A stretch of DNA of 64,000 nt from the human T2T-CHM13v2.0 reference genome, Homo sapiens. A program made the position numbers and the translations under genes. Under the pieces are notes generated by a model. That model worked only from the letters and a program-made list of their open reading frames with translations, searched no databases and had not been told where the DNA came from. Within the stretch, counting starts at the first letter, position 1. Every line of letters begins with the position of its first letter. Location of the stretch: the NCBI RefSeq assembly GCF_009914755.1, contig NC_060926.1; one strand, 5' to 3'. Shown piece after piece: positions 31,111 through 44,041 of the stretch.

Positions 31111-32234
31111 AAGGATTTCAGCTGCTTACGGAAGCAGGGATCATCTAGGCTTTGCAAGCCTGGGATCATTGATGGACATGGTATTCTAGCAACAGTGCTC
31201 CCTGGAGTAATGCAAGTCAGTGACTCTGAAGCATAGGATGAGGGCTTTTCCAGAAAGAGGAAACAATATGCAACCATCCATAGGTGGAAACATGCTGGAC
31301 TTAAAAGGAAACCGTATACCAGGAACATAGTGAGGTCCGCCTCCATCCAATAACCACTTCTTTCATGTTCCTGTTGTTTGTAAAGTAGGGTGCTACTGGA
31401 GTTTCTTAGACACATGTACTGTTGGAAACCTGTGCTGGGAGCACAAAGGTTATCTCTGGGCTGAAGATGTAGGTGAGCAGCCGTCGGCTTATAGATGGAA
31501 GGAATGGGAAGAGGCAGAATCAACTGGATGGAATCTGCAAGTGAGATGCGAGCTGTCTGGGGACAGAGCCCTCAGGAGGATGAACATCTGAGTACAGGCA
31601 GAGGCAGAGGAGCTCAGGAGGAAGGAGGAGGTGTTGGGAGAATGGCGAATGACATGTCTGGATGATGAAGAGGCCCAGGTCAGCGGGGTCTCCCCTGTTG
31701 TGTGGCTCCTTCTCCTCCCCTAACTCACGGTGTGGCCCCCCTGATGAATTCTCATCTTGTGGTGGATCTGCTTGCTTGTCTTCCTCCCAGCCCTCCATAA
31801 CTGGGGCCATGTCTATACACTTCCAACTCTGTGAGCCCAGCCCAGATGCTAAGCACAGGATAACTTCTGGCTCAGCAGCCAAGGACCTGAGCCAGAAAGC
31901 TCAGGACCCCCAGGACCCCCAGGAGCCTTCCTCATTCCTGCACTTACACTCACCCTTCTCACTCCCAGCCTGGGTTCAATGCCCTTTTCTGAGTTTCCTG
32001 GATACACAGTGTATCTCCATTATTGTCCTTATATTGTACTGTGCACTCCCCCAGACACAGACCCCGAGCCCAGGATTTGAGAGCTAGTTGTTTATTTGGG
32101 AAGTATAGGGATGCCAGGAAGGAAAGATAGCCAATCAACACAAGTCAGACAACATTGGACAATTAAACTTGGCCAATGCCATATACTCAGAGTTTTCCCA
32201 GCCAAGGGATGAGGGAACTGAAATATTTACATAC

Positions 32235-32739
32235 TGTGATAGTTAATATTAGGTGTTAACTTGATTCGATTGAAGGATGCCTAGATAGTGGTAAAGTATG
32301 GTTTCTGGGTGTGTCTGTGAAGGTGTTGCCAGAGGAGATTGACATTTGATTCAATGGACTGGAAGAGGAAGACCCACCCTCAATGTGAGTGGGCACCATC
32401 TACTCAGCTGCTAGCGTGGCTAGAACAAAGCAGGTGGAAGAAGGTGGGATAAGCTGGCTTGCTGAGTCTTCTGGCTTTCATCTTTCTCCTGTGCTGGATG
32501 CTTCCTGCACTTGGACATCAGACTCCAGGTTCTTCAGCCTTTGTCCACAAACTGAAGCCTGCACTATTGGCTTCCCTGCTTTTGAGGCTTTTGGGCCTGG
32601 ACTGAGCCACTACTGGCATCTCAACTTGCCTATCGTGGGACTTTGCCTTGTGATAGTGTGAGCCAATTCTCCCTAATAAATTCCCTTTCCTATATACGTA
32701 TATCCTAGTAGTTCTGCTCCTCTGGAGAATCCTAATACA
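32235..32739 (+). mobile_element. HERV-L solo LTR (MLT2A2-like)
   Basis: tgtgatagttaatattaggtgttaacttgatt...gctagcgtggctagaacaaagcagg...cctctggagaatcctaataca. Confidence 0.9.
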
Positions 32740-32769
32740 CTATCAACTCCTGACACTCACTGGGTGAAG

Positions 32770-32819
32770 GTGTGTGTGTCTGTGTGTGTGTGTGTGTGTG
32801 TCTCTGTGTGTGTGTGTGT
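32770..32819. repeat. (TG)n microsatellite, interrupted
   Basis: Direct reading. Confidence 0.95.
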
Positions 32820-32990
32820 AGAGCTCTTCTCACTGTGGGCAGTGTGACCTTATATAATTCCGGAAATTGCTGCTAGACAGAGAAATGAAGATCCTGGAAG
32901 CTGGAGTTCACTGAGCTCACTAAAATTGCTAAAGTCAGAGAAACATGGGTAGATCACAGGTAGAATCTACCTCAACTTATCACAGACAGA

Positions 32991-33053
32991 ATCTATCTAT
33001 CTGTTTATCTATCTATCTATCTATCTGTTTGTCTGTCTGTCTGTCTATTTATG

Positions 33054-33098
<45 letters not shown>

Positions 33099-33110
33099 AT
33101 CTATCTATCA
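32991..33110. repeat. Compound (TCTA)n/(TCTG)n tetranucleotide STR
   Basis: Direct reading; longest pure TCTA run ~33055-33098. Confidence 0.95.
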
Positions 33111-34254
33111 TCTTTCTACCTGTCTGCCACCCTCTATATATCTGGATCTAAATTTCTTGGGCCTAGCCCATGTCTGGTGCCTGGAAAGAACACGAATGTG
33201 AGGTGGATGAAAAAATTTATAAATTAAATAAGGCAAGGCCACTCTGAAGGGTTGATTTCATATGTCTTATGTTCTGGAAGTCTAGGGAAATTTGTAGGGC
33301 TTTTAGGAGGATGTATAGAAAAGCAATAAACTTGTCCCAAGGAATTTTTCCTATATGATTAAGAAAGAAAGAAGCTTTTAACAAACTCATCTTTGTTACT
33401 CAGTTTGGCAATTCAAACATCGCCTTTCAAAATTTTCATCATAATATTTCAAAAGTCAAATCATCCTGTAATATTTATTCAGAAAAGAGTATGACCTCTC
33501 CCCTCATTTCTCCAACTTCCTCTTCCCCAGATGCAACTGATTTTCTCTACTTTAGCTGTCCTGCTTCTGTTTTAATGTTGATGTTTACCTCCATCTCTAA
33601 ATAAAATGCCTGCAGTGCTGCCTCTTGACTGTTCAATTTTAGGCATTGAGGATTGACCATTCACTCTATTAGGTGAAGATCTCTTTTATTGATCTCTAGT
33701 AATGGATCTTACTCTGTTATTGATCTCTTTCTTCACTTCTACTCCACACCTTTCCCTTCCATCCCGACCCAAGTGGTATGATAGTAATTATGCCATTGCC
33801 ATTGCCAGTTAAACCATGATTGCCTTTTTTCCTCTTGTTTCACTAGTTTTTTCTTTTCCTTGGAGTATATATTTTCCCGTTTCTCTTTTTTTCCCTCTAT
33901 CTCTATTTTCAATGAATTGATCACAAATTTGACCAAAAATTCCCTTGAAATGTTCAAACAAATCTGTTGTCTGTTGATCTTATTCTCATGAGGAAGCCTG
34001 GCCCAGAGCGCTCTGATGGCTCCCTGTCTGTGTAGCCGACTCCAAGCCTGGTGCTGGTTGTCACTCCTGTGGTCTTCCTTTCCTCTGATCCTGGGGGTGT
34101 CTTTCTCTCTACTGTTGGGCTCCACTTTTTCAAGCACTCCAATATTCTTTTTTCTTGCTTCACTCTTGCCTTATAGAACAGATCTTCCAGTAGCTTCCTG
34201 ACAAAAAGTGCTTGGGAGATAATTTTTTGAGACTGTGTCTCACGAAAAAATTAC

Positions 34255-34541
34255 CATGAGTAGGGCTGGATGCGGTGAACAGTGAACACCTCTACATTCC
34301 TAGTGGGAATGTAAACTAGTACAGCCACTATGAAAACAGTGTGGAAATTACTTAAAGAACTAGAAGTAGAGCTACCTTTTGATCCAGCAATCCCACTACT
34401 GGGTATCTACCCAGAGGAAAAGAAGTCATTATACGAAAAAGATACTCGCACACACTTGTTTGTAGCAGCACAATTTGCAATTACAAAAGTGTGGAACCAA
34501 CCCAAATGCCCATCAGTCAATGAGTGGATAAAGAAACTGCG

Positions 34542-34596
<55 letters not shown>

Positions 34597-35064
34597 CACA
34601 CACACACGGAAAATATATATATATATACACATATGGAATATATATATATACATATGGAATATATATATATATGATGGAATACTACTCAGCCATAAAAAGG
34701 AATGAATTAATGCATTCGCAGCAACCTGGATGGAACTGGAGACCATTATTTTAAGTGAAGTAACTCAGGAATGGTAAAACAAACATCATATGTTCTCACT
34801 CATAAGTGGGAGCTAAACTATGAGGATGCAAAGGCATAAGAATGATACAATGGGTTTTGAGGACTCAAGGAAAAAGGGTGGGAAGGGGATGAGGGATAAA
34901 AGACTACAAATTGGGTGCAGTGTATACTGCTCAGGTGATGGGTGCACCAGAATCTCAAAAATCACCATGAAAGAACTTACTCAGGTAAACAAACACCACC
35001 TGTTTCCGAATAACCTATGTAAATAAAAAACATTTTTAAAAAACTATAAAAATTACTAACTATA
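34255..35064 (+). mobile_element. 5'-truncated L1 (L1PB1-like)
   Basis: ELPFDPAIPLLGIYPEEKKSLYEKDT; 3' UTR gaggatgcaaaggcataagaatgatacaatgg; TSD gaaaaaattac at 34244-34254 and 35065-35075. Confidence 0.9.
34542..34672. repeat. (TA)n/(CA)n compound microsatellite inside L1PB1
   Basis: Direct reading, with reiterated catatggaatatata blocks. Confidence 0.95.
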
Positions 35065-37055
35065 GAAAAAATTACTTATTTTACCCTTATATTTATTTTA
35101 CCCTTATATTTGAGTTTTAGTTTTAGAATCTTTTTTCAGAATTTAAAGGCATTCATTTGTTGTCTCCTGTCTTTTAGGGTGGCTTTTGAAAACTCAGATG
35201 ACATTCCCCTCCTTGATTCTTCATATTTCGCCTTGTTTTTCTGCCTAGAATCTTATTGAATCTTTTCTTTGTCCTCCACGTTCTGAAATTTCATGGTGAT
35301 GTGCCCTGGTGAGTGTCTGATTTTATCACCGTATGGGCTATTCCATGGGCCTTCTCAAACTCAACATTTGTCTCCGTCAGCCTGAGGGAATTTTCTTGAA
35401 CTATTTCTTTGATAATTTCCTCCTCTGCATTTTCTCGTTGTCTTTCCTTGCAGTTCTCACTTTCATACACTGGATGTGCGGGGCTCTCCCGGCTTCCCAA
35501 CTCCTTCATATTTGCCATTCTGTCTTTTGCTTTCCTCCTTGGAGAGTTGCTTAACTTTATCTGAGGAAACTTCTATTGTATTTTTATTTCTGCTGTCTTA
35601 TTTTTAGCTTCTAAGAGTTATTTTTTCTTCCCCGCATATTCCATTTTTACAGTATCCTACATTTTCTCCCTAAATATGTTACCTTCTATTATATCTCACA
35701 GAATATTTTTGATGGTTTCTGTTTGGTGGTGGGGCTGTTACCCTGCATGGTCACCCTTTCCTTTAACTTTTAAGTCTGTCTTAGCTTTGGTCTTTAATTT
35801 TCGTGTTAATCACATTCCTCAAGCTTCTTATGATCTTTGGTTTGCTGAGGACATTTAAAGTGAGGCATTGAGAGGCTGCTGGAAGGCACCAGAACATGCA
35901 TGAGGCTCTCTGATGAAGTTCACTGTGAAAGAAATAGGCCACTTCCTTGAAGATGCCCTGATGTCAATATCTTTAAGTCTTTCTCTTGGGCTGGCCAGAT
36001 TCTCTAGAGAAATGTACTCTGATCTGTGACCTGGAACATGGAGAACTGGCTGGCAGGATTCTGGACAGTGTAGGAAAAAGGGTAATGTTGCAATGGGGTC
36101 TCAGTGTCCACCATGGGATTATTTACTAAATCCATTTCAAAGCAAGACAAGAAAGAAATGAGTGTGAACTAAGCAAATCCAAGAAAGCAGATTCCTAAAC
36201 CAGTAGCAGAAAAAACAAAAATTGACTCTGTATATGCAGGCAAACCCCTAGAAAGCTCAGGGTTTCATAGAACAAAGTGCCTGTAGGAGTAGGGTGAAGG
36301 CAGGGCAAGAGGACTGACACACAGCGAGGTGACACCATGGCCTGCAAGGGCCTGCCACGTCCTGGCAGAGGGCTGGAGGATAAACAGGGGGGCAAAGCCC
36401 GTTCCCCTGCAGTCAAAGACACCCATACCCTCAACACCATAACCCTCTCCCCTTGGCTTTACTTAGCTCCTCGCTCCTTCCCCATCCTTATGATGGATGA
36501 TGTGGTAGCTGACGTTAGGCTCCCTGAGGTCAGCTCTGTGACCAGCCTAGAGCCTAGTGCTGGGTAGACCTTTAGAGACTGAGTATCTTCTTTCTAACAA
36601 GTGGCTTGCTGATATCTACACCTACTGAGTGTTGAAATGTCTCTGCTACATGCCTGTCTGGTCCATGCTCTTCCTCTTTTCTTAGAATCTGTCCATTCTA
36701 TGGAGTGCAGGGTGTAAGTCGCTGGTGTCTTCTGACAGATAACGCAAAGGGAAACAGAATCGCTGCCATGTTTCTGACGTGGAAACATGATCACATATTT
36801 TTTACTTTTTGGAGGAAATATCATGAGGCCAAGCTCACTCACCAATGTGCAAATTTTTAGTTATCTCAAGAAAGTAAGCCAAAATAAGAATATTGAGGCT
36901 TTGCTATATTTGCTAACATTATTCTAGTATCCCAAATCGCAGGGGCTGGTAGCCCTTAGTGACTAACAAATGATATAATGGCAAAAGCAATACAGCAAAT
37001 CCAATTTCTCTTTTACAGTTTTAATATTTAACTCTTAAGTTTTTCCAAAATAAGC

Positions 37056-37439
37056 GCGATGGACTGAGTATCTGCATCTCCCAAGATTCCTTTGTTGAAA
37101 TCCTAATCCCCAATTTGATGGTATTAGGAAGTGGGGTCTTTGGTAGGTGATCAGGTCATGAAGGTGGAGCCCCCCATTCACAAGGGGGCTCCACCCTCAT
37201 AAATGGATTACTGTCTTTATACAAGGGACCCCAGAGAGCTCTCCCATCCTCTTTCCGCTTGTGAGATATAAGGAGGAGTTAGTTGTCTGCAACGTGGAAA
37301 AGGCCCTCACCAGAACCCAACCCTGCCAGCACCCTGTCCTAAACTTCCAACCTCCAGAACTGTGAGAAATAAATTCCTGTTGTTTATAAGCCACTCAATC
37401 TATGATACTTCGTGATGGCAGCACAAAGCACCTAAGACA
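37056..37439 (+). mobile_element. MaLR solo LTR (MLT1A-like)
   Basis: gatggactgag...gttgaaatcctaatccccaat...ggccctcaccagaacc...aataaattcctgttgtttataagccac...ctaagaca. Confidence 0.88.
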
Positions 37440-37857
37440 ATATGTGACAGTAACCTGACCTTCATTATGTAAAAATTGCCATCATTATTAGGACCCTTTT
37501 GCAAGACATACAAAAAGCCTATTTTCGCCTTTTCTAAAACTCAGTCTTAGCCTTCCTAAATGATACATTAACAACTCAAAGCTCATGGAGATAAAATATT
37601 ACAAATGCAGTTGTAGTTTATGAAAAATTCTGTTTTCAATCTCACTACACAAAGCTTATTTCTTTTGCTTTAGGAAAACTTATATTTTAGTATATAAGTA
37701 ATGGACATAGCAAATATCTAAATCCCAAAAGGTATAAAGAAAATAGCAAAAGACATTCATTATTTCACGTCTCATGTAACTGCTAGTGGCATTTTGAATT
37801 TTTTAGGCTCTCTCAAATGTATATGTTGTGTTTTTAATATCAAGAGTGATTCAATAA

Positions 37858-38236
<379 letters not shown>

Positions 38237-40263
38237 CCAGATGCTATTTTTAACCATAATTTTTAGCCATTATTGATTTAGTAGTTCCCATGTTGGATGT
38301 CCAGGGCACGTAATGGTTGTCAGTACTGTAAATGATGCTGCCAGGGACATCTATTTGCATCCACCTCTGCCTGCACCAGTGATGTTTTCCTTGGTGTAGA
38401 CTCCTAGAGGGGAAAATTACTGTTGCAGAGATGAAGGGTATTTATGAGGTTTTGATGCATGTTTTTGAATTGATTTCCAGAATGATCATACCAGCTTATT
38501 CTTCCCTGAACAAAACCTCCAGAAAGGCAGCTATAAAGCACTTGCATCTTGGTGCTGATGACAAGGTCCCCCTTCCCCACCCTAAAGAGCCCACAGCAGA
38601 CCATATAAAACCTTCCTGTCTGCCTGTCAGACTTTGGTCAGAGTTAGGATATGTGCAATGTCTGGACTCTTGCCAGACACAGCCTTAGAAGAGTTAAAGT
38701 ATTTTCTATTAAAATGTCCTGTATTCCACGTTCCACTCTGTGCCTCTTCCCCTTCCTCACCAAATAAAGTGGCCTTATGGCTTCCAGAGCCTGTGCAGGT
38801 GGACTCCGAAGCTGCCTGAAGGGTGGACTGGGATCCCCGAAGTTTCCTTCACTCGTGTGTCCATCCATCCATCCAGCATCTCCTCAGGGACAGGCAGGAT
38901 GCCAGACACTGGGAAAGATGATGACGAAATCTCAGGCCTCACAAGCTCTCAATCTATATGAGGAGACAGGTGTTTAACAGGCAGGCAGGTGTTTAACAAG
39001 GTCCTTGGCTGTTTCTGCTATATGAACAGACCATGAATGTTTATTGCCCTGTGTTTGTATATCCTGTTTCATGGAATAACTTCAGCAGCAAATGATCATT
39101 CACTGAGGACCTGAGCGCCCAGGCTTGACTCACTTATTCCATACTAAAGGAGGCCATTGTCACACCCGTTTCACAGAGAGGGAAACTGGGGCTCAGAGTG
39201 GCAGCCAGGGTCATCTATACAGCATTACCTACCCAAACAGCTCCTCTCTCTGGTGCACCTGGTGGTCACCATCTCAGGGACTTTCCATGGAGCTCAAGCA
39301 GGGTTAGGCTTCATGTAGATTAATTCAGGCTTTTAAGATCAAATTAGAGTGCAGTCCACCTGGTGGCAGCCCCTAGAGTTGTGGGGGTGGCACATGTGGG
39401 CAGGGTGTCTGGGGCCTGTTTCTCACCAGGAGGAGTCTGGAGGGGCAGGCTGGCTGGGCATCCAATGACAGGGGGTGAGGGCACTGGGCTGCTGTGGAGC
39501 CAGGTGCATCCCACCTGCTTGGACAGCAAGAATGTGAGAGTTCCCCATGGGGCCTGTAGCTGCTGTGGAAGGTGGGCAGGCTCAGAGGTCTTGGAATGCC
39601 CCACCTAAGCTGCTGCCCAGGTGACGGGCCTGCAGGGCTGACCATTAGGAGCAGCAGCTGCAACGGTTGTTTAAAAAGGCAGGAGGTGAAGGAGCTGCAG
39701 TTTGGAGGCCCCAACACGAAGTCTCTGAAGACCCAACTGGTGGTCTTTGCACTGAGGCCGCTTACAAAGGTCCCAGTGACATGTGTCTTTGTTCTTGTCA
39801 TCCAAACTGCAGGAGGCAGTGAGAACGACAGGAGGCCAGGCCTGAGTAGAAAGTAGTGTCGTCTGGTTATGTGATTTCTTCCCAAGGAACATGACTTGGT
39901 AGAAGATGGAACTGAGGAACTGACTGAAATCACATCTTTCTTTCTCCATTGAGTAGCCAAGAAATAGGAAAGTCTGCAAGGTCAGGAGATGTGCCCAAAT
40001 CTTAACTCATAGGTGGAGCTATGCTTGAGATAATGTTTCACACACTATGTCACTTAAGAGGAAAGTAGTTGGGCCAGGCATGGTGGCTCATGCCTGTAAT
40101 CCCAGCACTTTGGGAGGCCGAGGCAGGCGGACCATGAGGTCAGGAATTCAAGACCAGCCTGACCAACATGATGAAACCCCGTCTCTACTAAAAATACAAA
40201 AATTAGCCAGGCATGAATCCCAGCTACTCAGGAGGCTGAGGCAGGAGAATCACTTGAAGCCGG

Positions 40264-40804
40264 TGTGAGGTGAAGCCAGCTGGACTTCCTGGGTTGACTG
40301 GGGACTTGGGGAACTTTTCGGTCTTACAAGGGGATTGTAAAATGCACCAATCAGGACTCCGCAGCTAGGATTGTAAAATGCACCAATCAGTACCCTGTAG
40401 CTAGCTAGAGGTTTGTAAAATGCACCAATCAGTACTCTGTAGCTAGCTAAAAGTTTGTAAAATGCACCAATAAGCGCTTTGTAAAAACGCACCAAACAGC
40501 ACTCTGTAGCTAGCTAGAGGTTTGTAAAATGGACCAATTAGCACTCTGTAAAATGGACCAATCAGCAGGACATGGGCGGGGACAAATGAGGGAATAAAAG
40601 CTGGCCACTCCAGCCTGCAGGGCAACACACTCGGGTTCCCCTGTGGAAGCTTTGTTATTTCACTCCGCAATAAATCTTGCTGCTGCTCCCTCTTTGGATC
40701 CGTGCCAAATTTAAGAGCTTTAACACTCACTGTGAAAGTCCGCGGTTTCATTCTTTAAGTCAGCAAAACCATGAATCCACCGGCAGGAACAAACTCCAGA
40801 CACA
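40264..40804 (+). mobile_element. ERV9 solo LTR (LTR12F-like)
   Basis: tgtgaggtgaagccagctggacttcctggg...caaactccagacaca (TG...CA), tandem gcaccaatcag enhancer repeats, TSD ccgg at 40260-40263 and 40805-40808. Confidence 0.93.
40330..40675 (+). promoter_or_regulatory. LTR12 U3 promoter/enhancer elements
   Basis: Six CCAAT boxes plus one mutated; GC box gggcgggg 40574-40581; TATA-like aataaaag 40593-40600; poly(A) signal aataaa 40669-40674. Activity not demonstrated. Confidence 0.6.
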
Positions 40805-41226
40805 CCGGTAGGCAGAGGTTGCAGTGAGCCGAGATCATGCCATGGCACTCCGGCCTGGGCGAAAGAGCGAGACTGCGTCTCAAAAAAAAAAAAAGGAGGA
40901 AAGCAGTGGTGATTCCTTGGTTAATTTATTCAATTATTAATTTATAAACCCACATTGATTAAGTGTCACTTTCTGCCTGACAATGCAATAGGGGAACACA
41001 TTGCTGTGTAAGCCCAGCACACGGGCTCTGCCACCGAGAGGCCCAGGCCTAGGTGGAGACACCTTGCCATCGATGGAGCATGTTAATGGTGCTCTATGAG
41101 ATCATGAATACTCTACATTCTTTTAGAATAAAATGTAGTATTCTTACCATATTATGTGTGATTTTGTTCCGAGAAAATGGCTAAGCAGTAATAAAGACCT
41201 GCTTCCCATTCAGCCTGGACTTAATA

Positions 41227-41303
41227 TTAGGTTGAACCACATAAAGTTGCGAGTTTTGCAGGTGGAAATGGTCATATAGTGCCAATATCAAATGGTCCAG
41301 ACC
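41227..41303. mobile_element. MADE2-like TcMar-Mariner MITE
   Basis: ttaggttgaaccacataaagttgc...ccaatatcaaatggtccagacc, ~80 bp with decayed terminal inverted repeats. Confidence 0.7.
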
Positions 41304-43906
41304 CAGCAGCCAGAAACATCCCTGGACTGTCTCCTCCCAGGGCAGGACATAGATGCAGGATCCACTGCTCAGTGTTACATTCAAATCTGTACGTGAGAGT
41401 TCCTCAAATGTGAGATCGTCCGGCATTTACAGACACACAGGAGCTCTGCTGTGCCCAGGCTCCCACTTCAGGAGAGGAAGGCTATGGCTTCAAGTTGGCT
41501 GGAAGTCGTGCCATCTCCCATCACCCTTATTAAAGCAGGGGATTAATAATCCATGGCTCCTTCCACACACATAACCAGAATGGCAGAACCTTAACCCCTC
41601 ACTGATTCTTTTGAGATTGATCTCCGCAGCCTATCCATCAATGTCTTTTGTTTACTTTTGTTGTCTTTTGATAGCTAAAGCTGGTGGTTTTTGACCACCT
41701 TAAAAAGTGCAACATTTATAGAATAAACCTAGCTCAGCTGAGTTCTTAGCTAAGGCTTGGCAGTCTCTCTGACCTGTTTCTGATTCAGCTCAGCACCAGC
41801 TAGGAGGCAGGCTTATCAGAGCGCAGCTAAAACACATTTCCATAGAACATTAAAAATGCTTAAAATGGGCTTGCTAAATGGCTTGTCCCCATGAGCCTGG
41901 AAGGTCAGATTTGGTGGGCCACAGCCCCTGGCTCAGCCTCGTAGAGGTGAAGACCTCATGGCTACAGGGCCAGGGTCTCCAGTTTCCATGTGTTCAGACC
42001 TGGCTTGTCAAAAACAAGTCTCCTTGGGCAAATCACCTTATGTAGCTTCAGACTTAGAGTTAATAAGCTCAAAACTTGTTTATTTTGTACATGTTGAAGT
42101 CTTCAATGTTTCAAGCTCTACTCCAGCAAGATGAAATTGACGTTACCTATTAGCAATGTGTTCTTTTTCTAGAAAAAAAGAAAAATGGGCTGAGCTGAAA
42201 ATTCGGGAGCAAGGGAGAGATGAGTGGCCAGGGCATTGAGGGCTGCAGGTACCTGCACAGAAGTGTCTCAAGAGCTGAATGTAAGGAATCTCCTCAGTGT
42301 TGTCATGCTTCTGTTGAAAACCACAGTGAAGCAAACCCTGGAAGAACATTGCAAGTGGGCCAGAGACTGTGAGGGCAAAGCCAAAGGCAGATTTAATTAG
42401 TGTTTTCCCTTATGGGATATCTGTGCAAAGGACTTCACCTGAGGCATGGGCACCCTGCGGTACATGCCATGACCTGCACATCACTCCATGAACTCACTCC
42501 TGCCTTTGCCATCAGCCCCACCATGCTCCTGCTCCTGCTGACTATCTGCCTGCTCTCTACGCAGCTCCCTCAGCACCCCGCACTGAGTCTCAGCCCCAGA
42601 ATGCCCCACTCCTGCAGGAGAGCATCTCTGTCCAGCCCCCAACCAGCCACATCTCTCCCAGTTGAGCTGTGCCCTACCACCTCTGATACCTCTAGCAGCT
42701 TTTATCATGTGGCTCCCTAAGGATTTGCCACCTCACTCTGTCTCTGTGGTTATGAAGTCCTTGGAGACAGGGACTCCCTGTTACTCATTTTTATATGAAT
42801 CACACAAGTCTAGCCTATTGTGGGCAGACAATACAAATGCAAATTTAAAAATACAAATGGAAGCAACACCACAAACCCTTCTACCAGTCCAATTTGTAGG
42901 GATTGAGGATTGGAGTCCCCTCCCTAACATCATCCAGTCAGCAGCTGCACCCCCTGCTCTGTGCCAGCTGTGGGTCTGGCCCCATGGGAGCCCAGGGAGG
43001 ACAAGACACTCAGGCTACTGGGCACCTTGTGATGAGGGAAGTCCTTTTGAAAATAGGACAGGATTGGCATCAGGCAGACCGTGTTCCTCTTGAGATAGAA
43101 TCTGAATCATGCGAACAGACTTGAGTTTTAACACTTGAGGCATTTATTTAGTTTAGCCAAGAGAACTGTCTTAGAGGTGATGTCAGAGTTGTGTGCCCTC
43201 CTTTATTCCACAGGCAAGCCGATTCTCCTGTGCACCAGGTGCAAGGTGGGGCATGGCTGTGCCCAGGTGAGCCTCTGCCCTGCCCCATGGAGATGCAATA
43301 AGGACGCACCTGTGTGGTATGCCAGTGCCAGCCAGTGTTGCCAGGCAGAAGACATGCGAATGGGGGGATAGAGAGTAACTGGGCGTGTTGATCCTAAAAG
43401 CAAGGTCAGATGGGAGCCCCTCTGCTGGGGGACACTGGGTAGAGTGTGAACAAGGAGAGGCATGGCCCTGGAGAGGATGCCCAGGAAGGTGCAGGTCCTC
43501 CAGGGAGAGGCAGGCCAGGGACGGGTGCAGGGAGAATGGGGGCCGAGCCCGGGGTGAGGGAACGAGGGTGTGAGGCACGGCCCTGTGGCTGTGCAGTAGG
43601 CCAAGACTGCTAATTTGGAGAGAGATGGGAAAATTGAGAAGGATTTAAGCAGAGGAATGACATGGTCTGACTTACCTGCAGGCTCCTGTCCTGGAATAGT
43701 GTGAGGGGCCAACAGCACAAAAAGGGAGAGTGGCCAGTCGGCCTCTGCAGGAGTGGAGCAGGTGGGAAGAAGGACTCCAAAGAGTGCCAGAGGGACCCTC
43801 TGCAGCACCCGAGAAAAAGAGGAGCCAAGAACAATTTTGGGACCACCATGGTGGACACCGGTGAGGGTACAGGGATTGGGAGCTCAGGCTCAGCCTCCCT
43901 GTGGCA

Positions 43907-44041
43907 GGACTCTGTGGCCTGGCGACACTGCGAGGACCCCATGACCTGGTGATACTGCGAGGACCCTGTGGCCTGGAGATACTGCAAGGACTCTGTGGCC
44001 TGGCGATACCGCAAGGGCCCCATGGCCTGGGCATACTTCAA
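43907..44041. repeat. 27-bp minisatellite, 5 copies
   Basis: Units start at 43907, 43934, 43961, 43988, 44015; consensus ~ggac(t/c)ctgtggcctggcgatactgc(g/a)a. Confidence 0.92.

Larger units (their letters stand above)
32035..32965 (-). mobile_element. Old ERVL LTR (LTR16-like) split by MLT2A2
   Basis: cagaccccgagcccaggatttgagagctagttgtttatttgggaag...ctcagagttttcccagccaagggatgagggaactg continues after 32740 (caactcctgacactcactgggtgaagg). Confidence 0.55.
33420..36130 (-). mobile_element. Old HAL1/L1ME-like element, interrupted by L1PB1
   Basis: Minus-strand ORF1p-like remnant RENAEEEIIKEIVQENSLRL..VEFEKAH at 35291-35518; T-rich L1-like text on both sides of the L1PB1. Confidence 0.6.
40072..40894 (+). 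mobile_element. Alu (AluSg-like) split by an LTR12; ~15-bp deletion at the start of the right arm
   Basis: Alu 40072-40263 resumes at 40805-40894 (ccggtaggcagaggttgcagtgagccgag...polyA); degenerate TSD gaggaaag(t/c)agt on both flanks. Confidence 0.92.

Noticed and set aside
39373-39960. 195-aa minus-strand ORF
   Set aside because: No recognisable domain, low-information composition, overlapping ORFs in several frames as expected by chance in GC-richer DNA
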